NCBI RefSeq assembly: GCF_009914755.1
Contig: NC_060928.1
DNA from: the human T2T-CHM13v2.0 reference genome, Homo sapiens
Direction: 5' to 3' (one strand)
Length of the DNA stretch: 64,000 nt
A program made the translations under genes and the position numbers. The notes under the pieces are model-generated. The model was not told the DNA's origin, searched no databases, and saw nothing but the letters and a program-made list of their open reading frames with translations. The number at the start of each line of letters is the position of its first letter. The stretch's first letter is position 1. Below, piece by piece: positions 54,021 to 64,000 of this stretch.

Positions 54021-55486
54021 GGCATCTAGAGGTGGAATCTGTCATCTGATCCTAAGAGCATCTCTCACCCGCTGGGCGACCCTGGGCAGGTTACGTGGTC
54101 CAGAGCTTTGCTGCCTGAGCCACAGACACGGACAGTAAGATAGCCACTGACGGGTCAGACAAGTGAGATCCTCTCAGCGCTGTGGGTGCAGTGCAGATGC
54201 AGCAAGGGCCTCGGGCCTCACGTGCAGCAGCCGTAGGATGGGCTGAACGAATCCTGGCTTAAGCCCCTGAAGGGCCTCTGAGTTTGCAGTCACTGTTTCA
54301 ACATCCAGGGAAAGTGCTTTGCGAGGAGGCGTTGATTTGCTGTATTCCTTCCACAAATCTTCCTTTCTCTGCGGTGACTGACGTGGAGGTGGCTGCGGCT
54401 GGTGTTCCCTGTACAGAGGCCAGCAGACATCACAGATTTCCAGGACGTCTGGAGCTAAGGGGAGGAAGGGGTGTCCCAGGCGCCCTTGGGATCTCTTTAG
54501 GTCTCTGGAAGGGAGACAGCCCCTCCCTGCCCCCGCCCTCCCAGTGCCTTTTGTGATGTGGACACCGCTGTGCGTCAGCAGTGGGGGCTGCAGGGCGAGG
54601 GGGGCACTCTGAGGGGGCAGGGGGAGTCACCGTAGGACCCGCAGTTTGGTTCCAAAGTACTGAACATAAGGAGACACTGGATATGGATGTGTGAATGCTC
54701 TGAAAATTAGCTATTTTCCCATCTCCTCTAATTTAGCAGCATTGCCTTGATGTCTCTTGGGATTCAGTTAGGAACACGAATTCCTTTATGTTTTTCACAC
54801 TCCCTCCACCCCCACTCCTGTCTGGCCGGGCCCTATCGAGGTGCAGTGGGCCTCGGAAGGCAGAAGCAACTGGCCTGTGGTCAGATGCCCAACACCCCCA
54901 CGACAGCAAGGCACAGTCACCATACAGCAGGGAGGGCTTCCTGGAGGAGGCGGCCTGGCCTGAGCAGAGATATGGCCCTACCCAGCCCTGAGTCCATGAA
55001 GGCCCGAGGACCTGCATCACCTCCCAGCCATGATCACTGGGTACAGGGCCTCCATCTCCTAAGCCCCCCTGTGGCCCCAGAGCTGGCTCCCAGGAAAACC
55101 AACAGGTGACACTAGAACGGAACCTCATCTCTAATGAGGGCAAGTCCTGATCTGTGCAGTGAGGGGGTGGGCCAGGTGAGCACCTGCTACACAGTGGGGG
55201 AGCATCGGGCCCTGGGCTGGGTGCTGGGGCCACAGTGGAGCAGCAGCGCCTGCCTCCGAGGGGCTCTGGGCTGGCAATAAGAGGAGACCCCCGAGGGGAC
55301 CTGGGCACGTGGCTGCTGCTCCAAGGGGAGGTCCTGCCATGGGGAGGGTGTCTCCAAGCTGGGTTGGTGAGTCACAGGTTAGGCAGTGTGAGCTGAAGGC
55401 CCTTGGGCATCACCACCTCTGCCATGTGGGCAGGGAACTTAACCTCCCAGGGCCTTAGTTTACTTGTCTGTAAAACGGGAAAGTGA

Positions 55487-56100
55487 GGCTGGGCACAATG
55501 GCTCACGCCTTTAATCCCAATACTTTGGGAGGCCAAGGCAGGAGGATCATTTGAGTCCAGGAGTTTGAGATCAGCCTGGGTAACACAGTGAGACCCTGTC
55601 TCTACTAAAAATTAAAAAAAAAGATAGCTGGGCATGGCAGCACATGCCTGTGGTCCAAGCTACTCGGGATCACTTGAGCCCAGGAATCCTAGGCCGCAGT
55701 GAGCCATGATTGCACCACTGCACTCCAGCCTGGGTGGCAGAGTGAGACCCTGCCTCAAAAATTAAATTAAATTAATAAAATAGGAGTGCTAAGGCTGGGC
55801 ATGGTGGCTCATGCCTGTAATCCCAACACTTTGGGAGGCCAAGGTGGGAGATCACTTGAGGCCAAGAGTTCGAGACCAGCCTGGCCAACATGGCAAAACC
55901 TAGTCTCTTCTAAAAATACAAAGGTTAGCTGTGGGGGTGGCAAGTGCCCGTAGTCCCAGCTAGTCTGGTGGCTGAGGCATGAGAATTGCTTTAACCTGGG
56001 AGGCAGAGGTTACAGCGAGCCAAGATCATGCCATTGCACTCCAGCTTGGGTGACAGTAAGACCCTGCCTCAATAATTAAATTAAATTAATAAAATAAAAC
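55487..56100 (+). mobile_element. Two tandem Alus (55487-55780 and 55793-56100) after a MIR fragment
   Basis: Two Alu bodies, both ending in AATTAAATTAAATTAATAAAATA. Confidence 0.93.
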
Positions 56101-56404
56101 AGGAGCACGATACTGCCCACACAGATTCCTTCGAACAAGGGTGCCCCTCAGCAGGGGTGGAGTAAGTGGGCACTCAGGTCCTGGGTGTGGCCCTGGGCCG
56201 CGTAACACGGGCTGTAGCACAGCCTCCCCAAAGTGAGGGGGGTGGTATGTGACAAAGGCTGAGGCCACTGGGCCAGACCTCAGGGCCACAGCCTCCTGCC
56301 ACCTGCTGTCATCAAAGAGGCCAGCCCTCTGGAGGGTCAGGCAGGGGGTGGGCACGGAGCCAGGTGCAGCCCCACACTGTCAGCAGCCCCGTCGCCCCCT
56401 GGGG

Positions 56405-56539
56405 TGATCCTCCTGCCTCGGGTCCCAAAGCAATGGGATTACAGGTGTGAGCCACAGCACCTGGCCTCACCTTCCCATTTTACAGACAAGTAAACTGAGG
56501 TGCTGGGAGGTTAAGTTCCCTGCCCAGACGGCAGAGGTG
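56405..56539 (-). repeat. Inverted copy of the MIR-Alu junction at 55414-55549
   Basis: Reverse complement aligns over ~135 bp, including non-Alu sequence CACCTCTGCC..GGGCAGGGAACTTAACCTCCCAG..AGTTTACTTGTCTGTAAAA. Confidence 0.9.
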
Positions 56540-59500
56540 ACACAGCTTACCACAGCCTGCGGGGGCCTGTGCATCGTGCTCCAGGACACTTGTGGACTTG
56601 GGGCTCAGGAGGTCCCAGAGATGTCTCTGGTCAGTCATCACGGTGGTGTCCAGAAGAACTCGGCGAACCTGAGTTCCCCTGAGCCCCCGATCCTCATCAC
56701 CCACAGGGGACAGCCAGCTGTGGCCAGCACTCCTCACCCCAGGGATGCTCTGCAGAAGCTCAGGGGGAGGACAGACACAGACAGACAGTGGACAGGCCCA
56801 GGGAGCCGCTGTCCTTGCGGAGGCCAGCCCAGCTCAACAACTGACAGACAGCCAGGCCTCAGCCAGCAGCGTGATGGCAGGCCCCGTCAGAGCCACCCCC
56901 CGGTCACCAGGCCCCCAGGCTGTGCCCCAGGGGACTCACGTGCAAGATCTCCTCAGGGGACAAGGCCGCCCATGCTGGCAACCCGGAGCCCAGAGAGAGC
57001 AGCCCATATGGGGATGGCCCGGCAGTCCCCAGGACCATGCCACCTGGAAGGTGTGTGACCACAAGCCTGCCTGCCTTCTCCGAGGAGCTGGGGTCTCCTC
57101 AGCTACAGAACAGGGTCTCGAACTCTTGGCCTCCCAAAGTGTGATCCTTCAGAGGATCACAATGTGCCTGGTGAGACAGGCAGGTTGCAGGCCCCAAGGG
57201 CCACTTTGCCAGTCGTCATGGTGACCCCTCCATGATCCCGTAGCTACCCTGACACTCCTGTCTGTTGGCCCTCTCCAGCTTTGTCCTCTCGCGAGGATGC
57301 AACGCTGCTCACTGATGGCCCCCAGGAGATGTCTCCAAAAGCCGGGGGCCATGGGGGCAGGTGCAGCAGAGCAGGACACGACCACACCTGCCCCCTGGCC
57401 CCAGAGCAGCTGCTGACGTCCACGGCTCACCAGGTCCTTCAAGAAGTCAGCTCCTCTGGGACGGCCTCACCCCTCTCCTGCTGTGGGGCAGGGGCCAGGC
57501 CAGGGCTGGGCCAGGGGCCAGGCATCGCCTTGGGGTGCTCACCTGGCTCCTTGCTTCCCCTATTAAGTCCAAGCACAAGCCGAGCAGTGGTGGGGAGGGG
57601 TGGGGGCCATAATCTGGTCCCTCCTGGCCCAGCCCTGCCTGGCCAAGATCTGGACTCTGGGGACACAGTGAAGCCCAGGCCTAGACACAGCCCAGCTCTT
57701 GAAAAGATCCCACTATTATTATGGTCTGGGAAACTATCCCTTTATGTTTTTCTTCGTAATTACATAAGCAATACATGTGCACCCTAAAAAAATGAGGAAA
57801 TGCAGATTAGCGAAGAGTGCCTGCACGTGTGCTCCTGCCCCCGGCACACGAGCGGGAGGAGCTCCTGTCGCCCTTCTCGTCTCGCACCTTGCAGGCGCTT
57901 TTGCTGCTTTAAAAAGCTCTCTGAACAGAAGCCACCACAACTGGCGAGTCTCAGAGAGGTGGGTGAAGTCAGCTGAGGACGGCGTCCTGGTCTCCGGCTG
58001 CAGCATCACCGCGGTTGAAACCCGCTTCCTCTTGCTTTCGGCTCAGTGAAGGTGGGAGGAGATGCTTGGCTTTCGAGAAGGGGCTGTTCCCCCTGGAATT
58101 TTCCTGGTCCCATGGGGTGGAGGAAAACGACCCCTTGAGAATGCTTCCTGGAGCCACTGGGGAGCAAGTGGCTGGCACCTTCTCACCTTCTTGGGCTCAC
58201 GGGGAGGCCCCATCCCCTTCTAGGCTCCCCGAGGAGGGGCCAATGCTTACCAAGCAGGCTCCACTGCAGCCAAAGCCCCCGCTTCCACCCCTTGACGGGC
58301 TCCCTGATGCTGCCAGGAGCAGGGAGTAGGGCCGGAAGTGGCCCTGAGTCCCCTCTCTCTCCACCTCAGACACTGCTGTGTGCCTCACTGAGACCTGTCC
58401 TGAGGGACAGGGCTGGGGGTCCTGGGGTCAGGAGAGCGGGAACTGAGAGCTGCACCTCAAGGGGCAGCACTACAGGCCTGGACTCTGCCCAGCTCCTTCT
58501 CCTGGAGCCCCCCTCGGAATGGCAGCCTGCCACACTTGCCGATGCCCATCCCACTCCCCACACGCCTGGCTGGTGGAGGACATGAACCCTGCCTGGGTGG
58601 GCCCCAGCGTCTGTGCCCTGGGAGGCTGAGGCTGGACAGCCACCAGCCAGTCCATGGTGCTGCACTGGGCCAAGGAGCTAGGGTGGGGAGCAGAGGGGGC
58701 CGGGCTGCAGGGCAGGAGTTGCAGGGAGAGTCAGGGATGTGAGTGTCTCAATGGGCCAGGCTCCAGCACGTCCTCCCAGGCCTTGCTGCCTTCCAGCCCT
58801 CAGTGCCACCTCCTTTCCACTTAGCCTAGAGCCAGCACGTCCCCCAACCAGGCTCCTCAGTCACATCCAGGTGCTCTGGGACACAGCATGGGGGGCTGGG
58901 AGGACACCATGCTGCAGAGCCTGAGAGGCACAGGCTGAACCCTGGGATGGGTCCTGCAGGCGGCCGGAGAGCTGGGTTGGAAGGGATGGCCCAGCCATGA
59001 AGCGAACAGGAATGCCACAGACATGGAGATGCCCACCTTGAAGGCAGCTGTGGGACTCAGTGAGACCCAGCTGGCAAAGCTCCCTACATCTTCGTCCAGG
59101 CAGCCATGGGCTGAACGATGGTGGCTCCATGCCAAAGGGACAGGGAGGGAGGCCACAGCATAGGGCAACGCTAGGTCGAGGGGCAGACAGGGACAGGAAT
59201 AGGAGGGCACAAGGGGTCTACAAGCAGGTCCCCTGGTTTGGCATGGACAAGGGAAGCCGATTGCAGGGGCAGGGCTGTGGCGAGGGCCAGATCAGGTCAT
59301 CGAGTGCCTGATAACAAGTCAGTGCCTCTGAGGGGACGTCAGGAGGATGGAGCAGGGTCAACGGATTACTCAACACTGCAGCAAAGAAACTCCATTCACG
59401 GAATAAGATGATAATTCAACAGACAGTCTGCTAGAAAGACATTGATTTTGTAGTCAAAAATCTTCGCACAAAGAAAACTCCAGGCCCAGATGGCTTCCCT

Positions 59501-60260
59501 GGTGAAGTCTGTCTCACATTTCAAGCAGAAATAATGCCCGTTCTACACAAGCTCTTCCAGAAACCCGAAGAGGTGGAGCACTCCCCAGCTCCTCCTGGAC
59601 AGCCATGCTCCTGCACCAGAAAAAGGCATGACAAGAAGACAGCTGCCTGACAGTCCTCTCAGACAGATGCAAAATCCTACTGAAGTTCAGCAAATCAAAG
59701 CCAACAGTAAATTCAAAGGCTAATACCTCATGACCATGTACAGTTTGCCCCAGGACTGCAAGGCTGGCCGAACATCTGAACATCAATCATTGTGACTTAT
59801 TACATTAACAGGCTAAACAGGAGAACCATGTGATTACGTCAAAGAATGCAGAAAAAGCATTTGAGAAAATCCAACATCTGTTCTTGATTAAAAAAAAAAA
59901 AACCTCTTAGCAAATTAGGAATAGGAGAGAACTCCTTTTTTATTTTAGAAGATGAAGGTCATCTGTGAAAATCCTACAGCTCAAATCACACTTAACAGTA
60001 GATACTGAATGCTTGGGAATAAGGCAGAATCATCCTGTTTCATTGTTTTCATTCGACGTTATACTGGAGGTTCTGGCTGGTTAAAAAACACAAGAAAAAG
60101 GAATACATATAGGACGTACAATTGAAAACAAGCAAAACTGCTTTTCTTCTCAGATGACAAGATCATCTATGTAGGAAAACTGATGAAATCTTTGAAAAAA
60201 CCATAACTAATAAAGTGAGTTTAGCAAGATCAATCTGGAAGATTAATCTTCTAGAAGATC

Positions 60261-60612
<352 letters not shown>

Positions 60613-61629
60613 TTACAAATTAAAATTATAAAACAAACCAATTGACAATGGCATCACAAAATATAGAATACTTGAGGATTCATCTGACAAAAGATGTGCA
60701 AGACCTGTACAGTTAAAAACCATAAAACTTTGCTGAGATAAATTAAAGGCCTAAATAAATAAAGAGATATACTATGTTTATGAACCAGAACTATTATTAA
60801 GATGCTAATTCTTTCCAAATTACTACATAGATTCTACATAATCCCAATCAAAATCCCAGCAGGCTTTTTTTTTTTTTTTGGTAAAAGTTGACAACCCTAA
60901 AATTCACATGGAAACAGAAAGGAGACAGAATAGCCAAAACAACCTTCAAAAGAAGATAAAGCTGGGCACTTGCACTTCCAACTAAGGCTTATTATAAAGC
61001 TACCATATTTAGGACAGTGTGGCATTGGTGTCAATACAGGCAAATAGATTAATAGAACAGACTGGAGAGTTCAGATGTAAACCCACCCCATGTGGTCAGC
61101 TGAAGATAAAAATGCAAAGGCAATTCAGTGGAGAAGGAATAGTCTTTCCCAACAAATAATTCTGGAATAATTGACTTTCCTTATGCAAAACAAAAATTGA
61201 TCCATGCCTCACACCATATACATGAGTTACTTCAAATGGAATACTGTATAGATCTAAATGTAAAACCTAAAAGCATAAGACTTCCAGAAGAAAACATAGA
61301 AAAAAATCTTTGTGACTGTGGGCTATGAAAATAATTCTTAGATATGGCACCAAAATCACAATTCATAAAATAAAAAATTGATAAATTGTACTTCATCAAA
61401 ATTAAAAAGTTTTGCTCTTCAAAAGATACTGTTAGAATGAAAAGACAAGACAAGATTGGGAGAAAATATTTGAAAATCACATAACAGAATTATATCCAGA
61501 ATATATAAAGAACTATCAGTACTCAATATGGATAAACAACCCAAGTGAAAGAAACAGCAAAAGATGTCAACAGACGCTTCACCAAACAACCAATGACAAA
61601 TAGCACATGAAGCGACGCTTGAGTCGATG

Positions 61630-61763
61630 AGGTGGTGTGCCTGTAGTTCCAGCTAATTGGGAGGCTGAAGTGAAGTAGGAGGATTGCTTGAGCCCAGGAG
61701 TTCAAGGCCAGCCTGGGCAACATAGCGAGACCCTGTCTCTAAAAAAATACTTAAAAAAAAAAA
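61630..61763 (+). mobile_element. Alu monomer (FLAM-like)
   Basis: GGTGGTGTGCCTGTAGTTCCAGCT...GAGACCCTGTCTCT plus A tail. Confidence 0.8.
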
Positions 61764-61936
61764 AGATTTTCAACATTATTATTCCTCAGAGAAATGCAAA
61801 TTAAAACTACAACGAGGTACCACTTCACACCTATCAGAATGGCTAAAAAGCCCACCATACCAAGTGTTGACAAGGACACAGAGGAACTGAACTCTCATAT
61901 GCTGTTGTTTATCATATGCCAATCATATTTCAATAA

Positions 61937-62260
<324 letters not shown>

Positions 62261-64000
62261 ATTTACAACAATTTTTAAACCACCAGACCACTTCACCGCC
62301 ATGCTCACGTTACCGCCTCTGATGCCGTTCCTTCTCTCAGAAAAGTCTTTCCTGCCCACCCTGCCCACAAAGCTCTCTGAGATTTCCTGCTCCCCACCCC
62401 CGACCTCCTTCTGCCCTGCTCCCTGTCCCCTCTGCTCCTTCCCAGCACCTCGGCCCTCACAGGTCCTGCCACCTGGGCACCTTTCCTCCAGCCCCTTCCC
62501 TTCATTCAGGCCTCAGCAAATGTCAGCGCCTGCAGGAGGCCTCCCCAGATTGCTCTCACAAAAGGAGCTGCCTCACTGGCACCCTTCACCTCATGAAACA
62601 ATTCTAATTTCTTCCCAGCACTGGCCAGAGGACCAGGTAGGGGGCGTGAAGGAGAGAGGATGGTGAGGGGCTCCTTCCATGTAGCCGCAGCTGCTTGCAG
62701 GTGGTGCCCTTGAGTGGATGGTGATGGTGGGGAAGGATCAGGGTGGCAGATGTCGCAAGAGGTGCGGGGTGCGGTCCAGAGGCTAGGGGAGAAGCTGTGG
62801 TCACCAGGGAACAGAGGGCCTGTAAGGATGGGCCCTGGGTGGGGTCATGAGGACATGTGGGGGACCTGCGGTAATGACCATCCCCTCAGCCAGGCCTCCC
62901 CGAGAGCACAGCCAGGCTGGGGCCTTCTCTCCAGCTCTAGGCCAGCTGTGAATTGGGAGGAGGCCCATCTGCAAGAAGGGTGGCACCTCCTCCCAGGACT
63001 TTGCTGGCCTGCGTGCCTACTGCATCCAGGCCACCACTCAGGGCCTTGCAGGGCGATCACTGTCCCTTGTGGGGTTCTGGTGACACAGGCATCACCGAGC
63101 TTGCTAAGGTTTCATGCCTGGGGCCAGCGAGAGCAAGAACCCAGCCCTGCCCTCTCACCTGGGCCTGTGCACGGCGGACCAGCCCTGGTCTTATCCCCGA
63201 CTCACCGTGTCAGCCCAGGAGGCCCCGTCACTTATAAACGATTGGCTTAATGACAGTCATTACACCTAATCTGTTTTTCAAGAGTCTAATTAATTCCAAG
63301 TCCTCCTCTATTTTTAAACCCCTCAATCATTCTTGTTTTTCCTGCCAGGGGCATGAAGTGGGTGGAAGGTCTCGGTGTTCCCTGCAGGACCTCGGGACAC
63401 CTGCTTTAGGGACCAATGGCTGCAGCAGCCTAGCAAGCACCTGCCACCGGGCCCCAGACAGTCTGGGGGAAATGGCAGCCGTGTGAGCCTCCCAGTGAGG
63501 GGGAGGGGAGGCCCGCGGGGCGGCACCTGCTGCTCAAGGTCACAGGCACTGGAGCAAGGCCGGGCTGCCTCAGTCCCAGACCTGTCACTCCGTCCCCTTG
63601 TCCTGCAGTGGGTCCACTGGGGAGCCCCCGGATCCGGAGAGCCCCCACAGCCCAGCAGCTCAGCCTTCTACCTGGAGGCTGCCTGTGTCCTCTGAGCCCC
63701 CAGAAGAGCTCCACACTAGGGCCGGGCCACTGAAGGCTCTGTCAGCCCTGACTGCGCTGCAGGGAGGGAAGCGTGGGCTTCCGGGCCACCGAGGCCACAG
63801 CACCGCATGGCCCTTGGTTGAGGCCCCACCCAGGGAAGGGGCTGAACACCTGTCTGCTGGTGGGAAAGCCGAATGGTGGATGTGGGAACGAAGCACATCA
63901 GAAGTGCCAGCCCAGCAGCAGGTGACTCCCCACGCAGCGGCGCCTTCACTGATGTGCCAGCTACAACCTGCCCTCCTCTGGGCTGCGCACCGGGAGCCAG

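Overview
This is primate, almost certainly human, genomic DNA. The gene order HAUS3/POLN - MXD4 - ZFYVE28 is recognisable as chr4p16.3. All three protein-coding genes lie on the minus strand. From left to right: (1) three coding exons and the non-coding leader of HAUS3 (augmin subunit 3; its last exon lies left of the window), whose CpG-island promoter and first exon(s) are known to be shared with POLN; (2) a COX6B1 processed pseudogene on the + strand inside a HAUS3 intron; (3) the complete 6-exon MXD4 gene (209 aa), with the MIR4800 hairpin in its ~3.1-kb 3'UTR and a CCAAT/E-box CpG-island promoter; (4) the last five exons of ZFYVE28 (LST2, FYVE finger) and more than 23 kb of a large intron filled with Alu, L1, MaLR LTR, MIR and microsatellite sequence. 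Exon boundaries were read from GT/AG sites and checked for frame. Nearly all other ORF-track entries are chance ORFs in GC-rich or repeat DNA. I found no convincing new multi-gene system. The most unusual structures are three short local duplications (one ~98% identical with a destroyed splice donor, one inverted and preserving a MIR-Alu junction), a frame-preserving 30-nt microexon carrying the MXD4 basic region, old L1 remnants shifted strongly toward GC across a sharp compositional boundary, and two AT-rich enhancer-like islands.
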